64,000 nt of DNA, taken from contig JAFWAA010000045.1 in assembly GCA_017507905.1 (NCBI GenBank), positions 5,513-69,512 on the forward strand, read 5' to 3'. This stretch comes from Clostridia bacterium (GTDB lineage Bacteria; Bacillota; Clostridia; Oscillospirales; CAG-272). The translations under genes were made by a program, and so were the position numbers. How positions within the stretch are numbered: position 1 is the stretch's first letter; each line of letters starts with the position of its first letter. Under the pieces are notes generated by a model. That model was given only the letters and a program-made list of their open reading frames with translations. It had not been told where the DNA came from and did not search any database. Shown here piece by piece: positions 37,310 through 47,020 of this stretch.

Positions 37310-37327
37310 TTTGAAAATATTTTCAAA
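37310..37327. promoter_or_regulatory. Perfect 18-bp palindrome TTTGAAAAT|ATTTTCAAA upstream of the GH73-dat operon (candidate operator)
   Basis: Exact dyad symmetry read from the sequence. It lies about 30 nt upstream of the candidate -10 (TATAAT on the minus strand at 37275-37280). Confidence 0.5.
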
Positions 37328-37346
37328 GTTTTTTTCACGTAAAAAA

Positions 37347-37386
37347 AAGCGCCGACGCGGCAGAAACCGCATCGGCGCTTCGTTTT
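37347..37386. terminator. Terminator after ychF, upstream of the GH73 operon promoter region
   Basis: AAGCGCCGACGCGG / CCGCATCGGCGCTT stem (one mismatch). A8 on one side and T5 on the other. Confidence 0.8.
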
Positions 37387-37398
37387 TGTTCTGTCGGA

Positions 37399-38493
37399 TC
37401 AAACGTTGAAGCGGAAGAGAACGATGTCTCCGTCCTGCATCACGTATTCCTTACCCTCACTGCGCAGAACGCCTGCCTCGCGTGCGGCGTTCATGGAGCC
37501 GTGCTTTTTGAGATCCTCAAAGGCAAGCACCTCGGCGCGGATAAAGCCTCGCTCGATATCCGAGTGGATCTTGCCTGCGGCGCGCGGAGCCTTGGTGCCC
37601 TTGCGAATGGTCCAGGCGCGGCACTCGTCGGCGCCTGCGGTCAGAAAGCTGATCAGACCCAGGAGCGCGTAGCTCGCCTTGATCAAGCGGTCAAGGCCGC
37701 TCTCCTCGATGCCGAGATCGGCAAGGAACATCTGCTTTTCCTCGGCGCTAAGCTCGGCAATCTCGGCCTCGATCTGACAGCAGATGGGAATGATCTGGGA
37801 ATGCTCGGATGCGGCAAAGGCCTTGACGGCGTCGTATGCCGCGTTGCCAACGGGCTCCTCGGCGGCAAAGTCCTCGCTCACGTTTGCCACGTAGATCACG
37901 GGCTTGCGGGTGAGCAGGGGAGTGTCGTAAAGGCAAGCCTCCTCGTCCTCGGTCAGCTCCACGGTGCGTGCGCAATTACCCTCGGAGAGAGCGGCCATCA
38001 GCTTTTCAAAAACGGCAAGCTCGGCGCCGTATTTCTTGTCGGCACGCATCGCCTTGCGCGTGCGGTCCATACGGCGCTCCAGAACCTCCATATCGGCAAA
38101 GATCAGCTCCATGTTGATGGTCTCCAGATCGCGCATAGGATCGATCTGCCCGTCAACGTGAATGATGTTGTCATCCTCAAAGCAACGGATCACGTGCAGG
38201 ATCGCATCCACCTCGCGGATATTGGCCAGGAACTGGTTGCCCAGGCCCTCACCCTTAGATGCTCCCTTAACCAGGCCTGCAATATCCACAAATTCGATCA
38301 CCGCAGGGGTCACCTTCTGGGGCTTATGCATCTCGGCCAAAAAATCAAGACGTTTATCCGGAACGGTAACCACGCCAACGTTCGGCTCAATGGTGCAGAA
38401 GGGATAGTTTGCCGATTCTGCGCCCGCATTGGTCAGGGCGTTAAAGAGCGTGCTTTTTCCCACGTTCGGGAGTCCGACGATACCAAGTTTCAT
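37399..38493 (-). CDS. ychF: Redox-regulated ATPase YchF
   Basis: 364 aa from ATG 38493 ([21 protein letters not shown]). The C-terminal TGS-like region ends ...[11 protein letters not shown]. Confidence 0.95.
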   Translation of the reverse strand: MKLGIVGLPNVGKSTLFNALTNAGAESANYPFCTIEPNVGVVTVPDKRLDFLAEMHKPQKVTPAVIEFVDIAGLVKGASKGEGLGNQFLANIREVDAILHVIRCFEDDNIIHVDGQIDPMRDLETINMELIFADMEVLERRMDRTRKAMRADKKYGAELAVFEKLMAALSEGNCARTVELTEDEEACLYDTPLLTRKPVIYVANVSEDFAAEEPVGNAAYDAVKAFAASEHSQIIPICCQIEAEIAELSAEEKQMFLADLGIEESGLDRLIKASYALLGLISFLTAGADECRAWTIRKGTKAPRAAGKIHSDIERGFIRAEVLAFEDLKKHGSMNAAREAGVLRSEGKEYVMQDGDIVLFRFNV

Positions 38494-38544
38494 TTGTTCC
38501 ATCTCCTTTGCCGTTTCGGCACTTTTACAGTCACAATATGTTTT

Positions 38545-38573
38545 ATTATAGCACAACGGAATTGCTTTTTCAA
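38545..38573 (-). promoter_or_regulatory. Sigma-A-type promoter (TTGAAA-17-TATAAT) for ychF
   Basis: Read on the minus strand with a 17-nt spacer and a TGc extended -10. Confidence 0.7.
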
Positions 38574-38768
38574 TAGGTTTGCGCATTTTTCCGTCGGTTT
38601 TCCGAAAAGCTTTTCCAAAAGAGAGGGGAGGAGGTCCCTTTCTCGGTTGGCAAGGGGGGCGTTCATATTCAATTCACGATTCTTTGGTATCGTAGGGTAG
38701 AAATTCCCCGATTTTGCCAAAAGGACAAAGAAAATTTATAAAAAACGCAAAAAATGTTTCAAAACCAT

Positions 38769-38797
38769 TTGCAATTCGTTCAATTTTATGGTATAAT
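38769..38797 (+). promoter_or_regulatory. Sigma-A-type promoter (TTGCAA-17-TATAAT, TGg extended -10) for the two-component operon
   Basis: Hexamers and spacing counted directly. It leaves a leader of about 150 nt. Confidence 0.7.
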
Positions 38798-38804
38798 GGC
38801 GTCA

Positions 38805-38957
38805 GAATCCGGGGATTTTCCCGTCAGTCCTCCCATCACGGGCAGCTGACGGATAAGGTCGACGGAAAAATTCATCTGCTTTTCACCCCGTCCTCACATA
38901 GGCCAAAGCGCCCGTGCGATTGGGGACGGATCACTACTTATTTTTTAGGAGGAAGCT
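38805..38957 (+). promoter_or_regulatory. Structured 5' leader of the response-regulator/kinase operon (candidate attenuator or riboswitch-like element, class unknown)
   Basis: Three GACGGA copies (38848-38853, 38861-38866, 38925-38930) and three (C/G)CGTC copies (38799-38803, 38821-38825, 38888-38892) allow mutually exclusive helices. 7-bp helix CCGTCAG/CTGACGG. 9-bp helix 38888-38896/38921-38929, with a U6 tract 12 nt downstream. Confidence 0.4.
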
Positions 38958-39650
38958 ATGGCTGACACGAAGATTCTGATTGTGGACGACGATTCCAACA
39001 TCAGTGAGCTGCTGAAAATGTATTTTGAGAATGAGGGATACGACGTTAAGATCGCGAACGACGGCGTAGAGGGCTTGAACTATTTCAAGATCTTTGAGCC
39101 TGATCTCGTGCTTCTGGATATCATGCTCCCCAAGAAGGACGGCTGGCAGGTCTGCCGCGAGATCCGCGAGATGTCCTCCAAGCCCGTGATCATGATCACC
39201 GCAAAGGGAGAGGTCTTTGACAAGGTCCTGGGCCTTGAGCTCGGTGCGGACGATTTTGTGGTCAAGCCCTTTGACATGAAGGAGCTTTCCGCCCGTGTAA
39301 AGGCGGTCCTTCGCCGCTACCAGGCACACTCCCGTCAGCACGACGAGGAGGTCATCAAGTTTGAGAACATCGAGATCAGCCTGCAGAAGTACGAGCTCAA
39401 GCTGAACGGAAGATCGGTGGATATCCCGCCCAAGGAGCTGGAGCTGCTCTATTTCCTGGCCTCCAACTATAACCGCGTATTTACGCGCGATCAGCTTCTG
39501 GACAAGGTCTGGGGCTTTGATTACCTTGGCGACTCCCGTACGGTGGACGTACACGTCAAGCGCCTGCGCGAAAAGCTGGAGGGCGTTTCGGACAAGTGGA
39601 TCCTCAAGACGGTCTGGGGCGTCGGCTACAAGTTTGAGCTGCTCGGATAA
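38958..39650 (+). CDS. OmpR-family response regulator (WalR/YycF-like)
   Basis: 230 aa. Receiver domain (ILIVDDD...LLDIMLPKKDG...ITAKG) plus a winged-helix output domain (TVDVHVKRLREKL). Confidence 0.9.
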   Translation: MADTKILIVDDDSNISELLKMYFENEGYDVKIANDGVEGLNYFKIFEPDLVLLDIMLPKKDGWQVCREIREMSSKPVIMITAKGEVFDKVLGLELGADDFVVKPFDMKELSARVKAVLRRYQAHSRQHDEEVIKFENIEISLQKYELKLNGRSVDIPPKELELLYFLASNYNRVFTRDQLLDKVWGFDYLGDSRTVDVHVKRLREKLEGVSDKWILKTVWGVGYKFELLG

Positions 39651-39694
39651 TCCCGAGGATCGATCATTCAATCTCTTTTACGGAGGAAAGGACG

Positions 39695-41200
39695 TTGTTT
39701 AAGAGCGTTTTTGCCAAATACGTAACGGCGTTCATGACGATCATCACCTTCGGCTTTGCCGTTCTGCTCCTGGTCATGACGGCCATCGTCAGCCGTTATT
39801 CCGTGCAGGTCAAGACCGAGCTTCTGGATCACGTTGCGCAGATCATCGAGGAAAGCGTTTCGTCGGAAAGCCGAGAGGTCACTCCGGAAAGCTTTCCCTC
39901 GGTGTTCGACAGCTCCTACAAGGAGACTCTTGACCGCATGGTTTCGGTCTTCACCTCGGGTGAGGACGAAAAAATGACGGTATGGGTCGCGGATCACACG
40001 GGAAAGATATTCTACACGGTTGACGCAAACGACGAGATCAACCCGACCGAGGATACGGGAAGCATTCCCGAGGATCTTCAGAAGGCTCTCCGGGACGAGG
40101 ACGGATACAGCGGGACCTGGGATCCGAAAAACGGCTCTCCCAGGCTTCTTGTCCGCGCCTCTGCCATTCGCAACCGCGAGGGCGAGATTTGCGGCATGAT
40201 CGCCGTTTGCTCCTCCAATCTCCGCTTTGGATTCATGCTGGAGGACATTTCCAAGACCGTCGTCGTTTCGGCGCTTTTGGTCCTTCTTGCGGCACTCATC
40301 GCCGCCTATTTCATCACCGAACGGACCGTTTATCCGCTTCGCCGTATGCGGCGTGCGGCTCGCGAGTTTGCCTCGGGCAATTTTGACGAGCGCGTCAGCG
40401 TGCAGGGAAAGGACGAGGTCGCCGAGCTGGCGGTCGCCTTTAACCAGATGGCCGATTCGCTCAAAACGCTGGAGACCATGCGAAACTCCTTCATCGCCAG
40501 CGTATCGCACGATCTGCGTACGCCGATGACCACGATCGCAGGCTTTATCGACGGCATTCGCGACGGCGTGATCCCCCCGGATCAGCAGGAGCATTATCTG
40601 GAGATCGTCTCCATGGAGGTGCACCGCCTTTCGCGTCTGGTCACGCAGCTGCTCGATCTTTCCCGCATCGAGGCAGGAGATCGCAAATTCGTCATGAAGA
40701 ATTTTGACATCTGCGAGATGGCGCGCCTGATCCTGATCTCGCTGGAGAAAAAGATCGACGAGAAGCATCTGGACGTGGAATTCCTCTGCGAGGAGGACCG
40801 CATGACCGTTCACGCCGATCGCGACGCGATCCACCAGGTGCTGTACAACATCTGCCACAACGCGATCAAGTTTTCGCACGAGGGCGGAAGCCTGCGCATT
40901 CGCATCGAAAGCTCCAAGGACCGCAAGGTGACGGTTTCCGTCCGCAACGAGGGACAGGGCATTTCCGAGGAGGATCTGCCCTTCATCTTTGAGCGCTTTT
41001 ATAAGGGAGACAAGAGCCGCAATCTGGACAAAACCGGCGTTGGCCTTGGCCTCTTTATTTCCAAAACCATCATTTCCGCACATGATGAGCGCATATGGGT
41101 AGAAAGCGAGGCAGGGAAGAGCTGCGAATTCTTCTTTACCCTGCAAAAGCCCTTTTTGAATCTGCACCGCACCTCGGACACCAATCACCGCACGGAATAA
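39695..41200 (+). CDS. Sensor histidine kinase (2 TM, extracellular loop, HAMP, HisKA, HATPase_c)
   Basis: TTG start follows GGAGG. H-box SVSHDLRTPMT, N-box NAIKFS, and G-boxes GVGLGL. Confidence 0.9.
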   Translation: MFKSVFAKYVTAFMTIITFGFAVLLLVMTAIVSRYSVQVKTELLDHVAQIIEESVSSESREVTPESFPSVFDSSYKETLDRMVSVFTSGEDEKMTVWVADHTGKIFYTVDANDEINPTEDTGSIPEDLQKALRDEDGYSGTWDPKNGSPRLLVRASAIRNREGEICGMIAVCSSNLRFGFMLEDISKTVVVSALLVLLAALIAAYFITERTVYPLRRMRRAAREFASGNFDERVSVQGKDEVAELAVAFNQMADSLKTLETMRNSFIASVSHDLRTPMTTIAGFIDGIRDGVIPPDQQEHYLEIVSMEVHRLSRLVTQLLDLSRIEAGDRKFVMKNFDICEMARLILISLEKKIDEKHLDVEFLCEEDRMTVHADRDAIHQVLYNICHNAIKFSHEGGSLRIRIESSKDRKVTVSVRNEGQGISEEDLPFIFERFYKGDKSRNLDKTGVGLGLFISKTIISAHDERIWVESEAGKSCEFFFTLQKPFLNLHRTSDTNHRTE

Positions 41201-41228
41201 GCGTGTCGAGGAGAAAGGAAGCCTGCTT

Positions 41229-42488
41229 ATGGATGAGCATACTCCGCTTTTTCCCGAGCCTCTTCCCGAGGACGGGGATAAGCATTTGACCCAACCGAAC
41301 GAAGACCTTCCCGAGTCCGAAAAGACGGCCGAGGAGCTTCCGCAGGAGGCGGTTGAAGCCATCAAACAGCCCTCCCCCCGCTGGTACGCTACGGGAGATC
41401 CTGCCGCACCCGAGAGGAGCAAGCCCAAAAAGGAGCGCGTGCTTCTGGTCTGGGCCACCGTTGCCACGGTTGCGTTTCTTCTTTGCTTCGCCCTCCTGCT
41501 TGGCGTGGCCGTGCTCGGCATTACGGGGAGCATTCTGGCAAACGACGGTCTCTCTACCGCACGCGTTGCCGAGAGCGCGTCTCCCGCGACCGTTCTGATC
41601 TCCTGCAAGAACGGCGAATCCTCTTACAGCTACGGCACGGGATTTTTCCTGCGTGAGGACGGTCATATCGCCACCAACTATCACGTCATCGAGGACGCCT
41701 CCGAGATCCGCGTCACCCTCTATTCGGGCAAAACGCTGGCCGCCACGGTGGTCGGCTATCACGCCGCGGCCGATCTTGCCGTTCTGCACATCTCCGGCGA
41801 GAACTATCCCGTTCTCCCGATCGGTGACTCGGACGCCCTGTGCGTTGGCGATCGTGCCATCGTCATCGGCAATCCCGCAGGCCCCGACGCCCCCTGGACG
41901 GTCACTCAGGGCATCTTCTCCTATCTTGACCGCATCATTCCCGTGTCGGACGATCATTGGACGGCAAACGTGATGATGCTCCAGACCGATGCCGCCGTTA
42001 ACCATGGCAACTCGGGCGGCCCGATCTGCAATTCGCACGGTGAGGTGGTCGGCATCATTACCCGAAAGATGATCGACAACGAGTCCATCGGCTTTGCCAT
42101 TCCCATCAACGGCGCGATGGAGATCCTCGGTGCGATCCTTGACGGCAAAAAGGCCGGGGATGTAAACTCCTCCATCGTTACCGTAAAACCGCTCATCGGA
42201 ATCTCCGTGGTCGAGGTGCACGAGGGAGAGTCCTACAGTGCAAACGGCGGCACCATGGTCGTCCCCAAGGACGGCGTCCTGGTGCAAACAGTTAATCCGG
42301 ACGGTGTGGCGTACCGCAAGCTTTTCACGAGGGATATCATTATCGCCGTTGACGGCGTTTCCGCCACGAGCATGAACGCCTTCTCCGATCTGATGGAGAA
42401 TAAGCGCCCGGGCGATATGGTCCGCCTTACGGTGATCCGAAACGGACTGGAAATGGAGGTCAGCATTCACCTGGCCGCGATCGATTGA
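41229..42488 (+). CDS. htrA: HtrA/DegP-family serine protease (S1C) with N-terminal TM anchor and C-terminal PDZ
   Basis: Catalytic triad contexts TNYHVI, DLAVLHI and GNSGGPI. PDZ-like tail. Followed by a strong terminator. Confidence 0.88.
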   Translation: MDEHTPLFPEPLPEDGDKHLTQPNEDLPESEKTAEELPQEAVEAIKQPSPRWYATGDPAAPERSKPKKERVLLVWATVATVAFLLCFALLLGVAVLGITGSILANDGLSTARVAESASPATVLISCKNGESSYSYGTGFFLREDGHIATNYHVIEDASEIRVTLYSGKTLAATVVGYHAAADLAVLHISGENYPVLPIGDSDALCVGDRAIVIGNPAGPDAPWTVTQGIFSYLDRIIPVSDDHWTANVMMLQTDAAVNHGNSGGPICNSHGEVVGIITRKMIDNESIGFAIPINGAMEILGAILDGKKAGDVNSSIVTVKPLIGISVVEVHEGESYSANGGTMVVPKDGVLVQTVNPDGVAYRKLFTRDIIIAVDGVSATSMNAFSDLMENKRPGDMVRLTVIRNGLEMEVSIHLAAID

Positions 42489-42509
42489 TCGGCAAAACGA
42501 ACCGAAAAA

Positions 42510-42546
42510 GGATCTCCCGAGACAGAAGAGCGGGAGATCCTTTTGG
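42510..42546 (+). terminator. Rho-independent terminator after htrA
   Basis: Perfect 10-bp stem GGATCTCCCG / CGGGAGATCC followed by TTTT. Confidence 0.85.
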
Positions 42547-42606
42547 CTTTTTCCGTACGAAAGCCGTAACGAGCGGCGAAAAAAATCCTTTTTTTCGGTT
42601 TTGCTC

Positions 42607-42635
42607 TTGACGAATCGACTTTTCTTGTATATAAT
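42607..42635 (+). promoter_or_regulatory. Sigma-A-type promoter (TTGACG-17-TATAAT) for proBAC
   Basis: Hexamers and spacing counted directly. Confidence 0.7.
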
Positions 42636-42697
42636 AAGACATACATATTAGTTGACTAAAGTATTTTCACCTTTTTCGAAAGGGGGACAAAGAAGAT

Positions 42698-43486
42698 ATG
42701 CGCACCGTGATCAAGATCGGTACATCTACCCTGGCACACGCCACGGGAAAGCTGAATATCCGCCGTGTGGAGGAGCTTTGCCGCGTGCTGAGCGACCTGA
42801 AAAACTCGGGACACGAGGTGATCCTGGTTTCCTCGGGTGCGATCGGTATGGGCGTGGGCAAGCTTGGGCTTAAGGCACGCCCCGAGGACATTCCCGGAAA
42901 GCAGGCAGCCGCCGCCGTTGGACAATGCGAATTGATGTATACCTACGATCGCCTCTTTGAGCAGTATCACCACACCGTGGCACAGATCCTTCTGACCGGC
43001 TCGGATTTCCGTCACGAGGATCGCTACTGCAATTTCCAGAATACCATGCACCGCCTGCTCGAGCTGGAGGTGCTTCCCATCATCAACGAAAACGATACGA
43101 TCGCGACCGAGGAGATCAAGGTAGGCGACAACGACACGCTCTCGGCCATGGTTGCCGTCAGCATCGGCGCCGACCGTCTGATCCTGCTCTCGGATATTGA
43201 CGGTCTCTTTACGGGAGATCCGCACCGCGATCCCGAGGCAAGGCTTATCCCCTGCGTCGAAAAGCTTACCCCCGAGATGCTCGCCTGCGCGGGCAACGAG
43301 GGCTCCTCGCTTGGCACGGGCGGTATGCGCACCAAGCTCCAGGCCGCCGCGATCTGCATGGAGGCAGGCTGTGAAATGGTGATCCTCAACGGCGCCTCCC
43401 CCTCGCTTCTGTACGATCTGTTTGAGGGCAAGCACGTTGGCACGCGCTTTTTGCCCACCGCCGAAAAGGAGGGAGACAACGCATGA
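42698..43486 (+). CDS. proB: Glutamate 5-kinase (short form, no PUA domain)
   Basis: 262 aa. IKIGTSTL...[10 protein letters not shown]...GDNDTLSA motifs. ATGA overlap with proA. Confidence 0.93.
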   Translation: MRTVIKIGTSTLAHATGKLNIRRVEELCRVLSDLKNSGHEVILVSSGAIGMGVGKLGLKARPEDIPGKQAAAAVGQCELMYTYDRLFEQYHHTVAQILLTGSDFRHEDRYCNFQNTMHRLLELEVLPIINENDTIATEEIKVGDNDTLSAMVAVSIGADRLILLSDIDGLFTGDPHRDPEARLIPCVEKLTPEMLACAGNEGSSLGTGGMRTKLQAAAICMEAGCEMVILNGASPSLLYDLFEGKHVGTRFLPTAEKEGDNA

Positions 43487-44739
43487 CGACGCTGGATATT
43501 CTGAAGGCGGCAAAGGCCGCCGCCCCCTCGCTTGCGGCGCTTTCCACCGAGGAAAAGAACCGCGCACTTCTTGCCATGGCAGACGCCCTTGAGGCCGATA
43601 CCGAGGCACTGCTTGCCGCAAACCGCATGGATCTTGAGGCCGCCGAGGGAAGGATCTCAACGGTCATGCTTGACCGTCTCCGCCTTACCGAGGATCGCAT
43701 CCGCGCCATGGCGCACGGCATTCGCGAGGTGGTTGAGCTGCCCGATCCCATCGGACGGGTGATCCAGAGCATCGAGCGCCCGAACGGACTTCGCATCGAG
43801 CGCGTCCGCGTCCCCATGGGCGTTACGGCCATCATCTACGAGAGCCGTCCGAACGTCACCTCAGATGCCTCCGCCCTCTCCCTGAAGAGCGGAAACGTCT
43901 GCGTTCTTCGCGGAGGAAAGGAGGCCTACCAAAGCTCCGCCGCGATCGTCCGCGCGCTTCGCCGAGGTCTTGCCCGTTGCGGTATGCCCGAGGCTTTCAT
44001 CAATATGCTGGAGGACGTCTCCCGTGAGGGTGCCCGCGAGCTGATGACCGCCGTTTCCTACGTAGATCTTCTGATCCCGCGCGGAGGAGCAGGTCTGATC
44101 CGCACCTGCGTGGAAAACGCGACCGTGCCCTGCATTCAGACGGGAACCGGTATCTGTCACATCTACGTGGACGCCAAGGCTGACCTTGACATGGCGCTGA
44201 ACATTCTGGAAAACGCAAAGACCAGCCGTCCCTCGGTCTGCAACGCCGCCGAGGTATGCCTCGTGCACCGTGCCGTCGCCGACCGCTTCCTGCCTATGCT
44301 CCATAAGCGTCTGACCGAGGAGCAGAGCGCAAAGGGACGTCCCGCCGTATCCCTGCGGCTCGATCCCGCCGCGGCCGCCGTTATTCCGGGGGAGATCGCC
44401 TCGGATACCGATTTTGATACCGAATTTCTCGATTATATCCTCGCCGTTAAGGTCGTGGAGGATGCCGCAGAGGCCATTGGCCACATTGCCATGCATTCCA
44501 CCCACCACAGCGAGGCCATCGTCACCGAGGATCAGGAGGTCGCAGAGCGTTTTGCCTCCGCTGTGGACAGTGCGGCGGTCTACGTCAACGCCTCCACCCG
44601 CTTTACCGACGGCGGGGAATTCGGTCTTGGCTGTGAGATCGGCATCTCCACGCAAAAGCTTCACGCCAGAGGCCCGATGGGGCTGGAGGAGCTGACCACC
44701 TACAAATACGTGATCCGCGGAAGCGGACAGATCCGCTGA
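43483..44739 (+). CDS. proA: Glutamate-5-semialdehyde dehydrogenase
   Basis: 418 aa. Aldehyde dehydrogenase fold with the catalytic Cys context SVCNAAEV and the [16 protein letters not shown] motif. Confidence 0.93.
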   Translation: MTTLDILKAAKAAAPSLAALSTEEKNRALLAMADALEADTEALLAANRMDLEAAEGRISTVMLDRLRLTEDRIRAMAHGIREVVELPDPIGRVIQSIERPNGLRIERVRVPMGVTAIIYESRPNVTSDASALSLKSGNVCVLRGGKEAYQSSAAIVRALRRGLARCGMPEAFINMLEDVSREGARELMTAVSYVDLLIPRGGAGLIRTCVENATVPCIQTGTGICHIYVDAKADLDMALNILENAKTSRPSVCNAAEVCLVHRAVADRFLPMLHKRLTEEQSAKGRPAVSLRLDPAAAAVIPGEIASDTDFDTEFLDYILAVKVVEDAAEAIGHIAMHSTHHSEAIVTEDQEVAERFASAVDSAAVYVNASTRFTDGGEFGLGCEIGISTQKLHARGPMGLEELTTYKYVIRGSGQIR

Positions 44740-44782
44740 AGCACTCGCGCATCATACACTCTTGAAGAAAGGCAGAATTAAG

Positions 44783-45589
44783 ATGAAGAACACGTTTGGA
44801 TTTATCGGTTGCGGAAATATGGGCGGCGCTCTCGCCGAGGCCGTTGCCAAGACCGTTCTCGGCGACAACATCATGGTCTGCGACTCCGCCTACGACAAGG
44901 CCGAGCGTCTTGGACGGAAGTGCGGAATGCAGGTCTCGGATCTGGCTTCAATCGTCAAAAGCTGTCAGTATATCTTCCTCGCCGTCAAGCCCCAGGGAGC
45001 CGAGTCTCTCTTTGCCTCGATCCGCCCGTTGCTCCAGAAGCGCAAGGACCCCTTCGTGCTGATCAGTATGCTTGCAGGAACCTCGATCTCCACCCTTGAG
45101 GCGCTTGCCGGATGCTCCTGCGCGATCATTCGCATTATGCCCAACACCCCCGCATCGGTCGGCGAGGGTATGATCCTCTACGATTACAACGACGCCGTGA
45201 CCGCCGACCAGCTTGCCGACTTTTCCAACGCGCTCTCCGAGGCAGGACGCCTTGACCATCTGCCCGAGAAGAGCATCGATGCCGCAAGCGCACTTTCCGG
45301 CTGTGGCCCCGCCTTTGCCTTCCTCTTTGCCGAGGCTCTGGCCGATGCCGGCGTGGAGTGCGGTCTGACGCGCGATCAGGCAAATCTTTATGCCGCGCAG
45401 ACCCTGCTCGGCAGTGCCAAGCTCCTTTTGGAGACGGGAAAGCACCCGGGCGTTCTGAAGGATGCGGTCTGCAGTCCCGGAGGAACCACCATCGCAGGCG
45501 TTCACGCGCTGGAGAACGGAGGCTTCCGTGCCGCGACCATCAACGCGGTAACCGCCGCCTATCAGAAGACTCTCCAGCTGAAGAAATAA
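44783..45589 (+). CDS. proC: Pyrroline-5-carboxylate reductase
   Basis: ATG at 44783 (MKNTFGFIGCGNMGGAL, a Rossmann GxGxxG). C-terminal CSPGGTTIAG motif. Confidence 0.92.
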   Translation: MKNTFGFIGCGNMGGALAEAVAKTVLGDNIMVCDSAYDKAERLGRKCGMQVSDLASIVKSCQYIFLAVKPQGAESLFASIRPLLQKRKDPFVLISMLAGTSISTLEALAGCSCAIIRIMPNTPASVGEGMILYDYNDAVTADQLADFSNALSEAGRLDHLPEKSIDAASALSGCGPAFAFLFAEALADAGVECGLTRDQANLYAAQTLLGSAKLLLETGKHPGVLKDAVCSPGGTTIAGVHALENGGFRAATINAVTAAYQKTLQLKK

Positions 45590-45601
45590 ACGAAAAAAGC
45601 A

Positions 45602-45643
45602 GCGTGCCGCTCTTGGATCACACCAAGGCGGCACGCCTTTTTT
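45602..45643. terminator. Bidirectional terminator between proC and the convergent ABC operon
   Basis: GCGTGCCGC / GCGGCACGC outer stem with an inner CTTGG/CCAAG helix. Flanked by A6 and T6. Confidence 0.85.
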
Positions 45644-46238
45644 ATTCGGATTCTGTCGGAAGACGGAGAACGCGGTCGGCAAAGGCCTCAGCCTCGGCAC
45701 GCAGATGTGTCACGAGGATCGCCGTTTTGCCCGCATCCTTGAGCTGCTTGCGCAAGCGCGTAGCCAGCTCCTGCCGCATCTCCTCGTCAAGAGCAGAGAA
45801 GGGCTCGTCAAGGAGAAGCAGGTCGCCGCCGTAAAGGAGCGCTCTGGCAAGGGATACGCGGCTCTTCATGCCTCCCGAAAGCTCTCTCGGATAGAGTCCC
45901 TCCACACCCGAAAGTCCCATTTCGGTAAGGAGTGCGGAAAGTCTTTCCTCGCCTGCGCGGCGCTCGCTTTGCGGAAGCGCGGACAAGAGGTTCTCACGCA
46001 CCGTCAGCCACGGAAAGAGGCGGGGCTCCTGAAAGGCAACCGATACGCGCGTATGGTCGGATCGGATCTCGCCCGTCTGCGGAACGCGCAGTCCTGCGGC
46101 AAGGTGGAGCAGGGTGGTCTTTCCGCATCCCGATTCTCCCATTACGGCAAGGAGCTCGCCCGTCTCCAAACGAAAGGAAAGCTCGCGCAGGACCTCCTTT
46201 TCTCCGTAGGAAAAGGAAACCTTGTCAAAGAGGATCAT
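45642..46238 (-). CDS. ABC transporter ATP-binding protein (NitT/TauT-type)
   Basis: 198 aa from ATG 46238. Walker A GESGCGKTT, signature LSGGMKSRV, Walker B LLLLDEP and H-loop VTH. ATGA overlap with the permease. Confidence 0.88.
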   Translation of the reverse strand: MILFDKVSFSYGEKEVLRELSFRLETGELLAVMGESGCGKTTLLHLAAGLRVPQTGEIRSDHTRVSVAFQEPRLFPWLTVRENLLSALPQSERRAGEERLSALLTEMGLSGVEGLYPRELSGGMKSRVSLARALLYGGDLLLLDEPFSALDEEMRQELATRLRKQLKDAGKTAILVTHLRAEAEAFADRVLRLPTESE

Positions 46239-47020
46239 TCGGTTACCTCCTTTCCGCCGTTTTGCGGATTCTGCCAACGCTTAAGGAGGGCAGAAACGGC
46301 AAATTCGATCAGAATACTGAGCAACACCACCGTCAAGGTCCAGGCAAACATGCTGGCCGTCTCGAGATACTGCTTTGCCTCGCCGATCATGGTGCCGATC
46401 GAGCTTTTGGGCATCACCAGGATCTCTGCCGCCACGCCCGCCTTCCAGGCAAGACCGATGGCCGTGCGGACGGAGGAAACGAAATAGGGGCGCAGGGTGG
46501 GAAGCGTGAGATAGCGGAATCGCCTCCAGGGGGAAAAGCGGTAAGCCTTCGTCATTTCCAGAAGCGAGGGATCGACCGTTTTGTAGCCGATGTCAAGATT
46601 GGTCCATACCACGGGCAAAACGATGAGCGCCGTAATAAAGGAGGGCACCTTGGACGTTCCCATCCAGAGCATGGCCAGAATGATAAAGGAGGCCACGGGC
46701 GTGGCCTTGACCACAGCCATAACGGGCTGCAAAAGGGCACGCAGAGGGGAAAGACGCGAGGTAAGCGCCGCCAAAAGGACGGCCCCAACCGTGGCCAGCA
46801 AAAAGCCTGCCAGAATATTGTAGAGGGAATTTGCGGTCACGCGGTAAAACTCAACCGTTCCCAAAAGGGTGAACAGACACCGAAAAACGCTTATGGGATC
46901 GGGAAGAAGCAATGGCTTTGCCACGGCAAGCGCAACGACCTCCCATACTCCCACCCAAAAGGCGGTAACGAGCAGAGGGCGAAGCGCCCGCGAGCGGATC
47001 AACCGTCGAAGCAGATTCAT
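46235..47020 (-). CDS. ABC transporter permease (NitT/TauT-type, BPD_transp_1)
   Basis: 261 aa. Six TM segments with an EAA-like loop. ATGA overlap with the binding-protein gene. Confidence 0.85.
   Translation of the reverse strand: MNLLRRLIRSRALRPLLVTAFWVGVWEVVALAVAKPLLLPDPISVFRCLFTLLGTVEFYRVTANSLYNILAGFLLATVGAVLLAALTSRLSPLRALLQPVMAVVKATPVASFIILAMLWMGTSKVPSFITALIVLPVVWTNLDIGYKTVDPSLLEMTKAYRFSPWRRFRYLTLPTLRPYFVSSVRTAIGLAWKAGVAAEILVMPKSSIGTMIGEAKQYLETASMFAWTLTVVLLSILIEFAVSALLKRWQNPQNGGKEVTE

Noticed and set aside
38714-38965. 83-aa ORF spanning the leader of the two-component operon (possible leader peptide)
   Set aside because: It has no RBS, starts upstream of the mapped promoter hexamers, and has a basic low-complexity translation that runs into the response-regulator start. 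The region is better explained as non-coding leader RNA.
35589-41608. Long antisense ORFs 35589-37409 (606 aa) and 39668-41608 (646 aa)
   Set aside because: They lie opposite the GH73-like gene and the histidine kinase/htrA genes respectively. They are low-complexity shadow frames. The same applies to 7424-8383, 11992-13551, 31460-32911, 49355-51028, 56400-58103 and 60603-62177.
42547-42697. Possible T-box or proline attenuator upstream of proBA, as found in Bacillus
   Set aside because: The TTGACG-17-TATAAT promoter leaves a leader of only about 55 nt. There is no specifier loop, no T-box sequence and no terminator/antiterminator pair, only a small CCTTT/AAAGG hairpin near the RBS.
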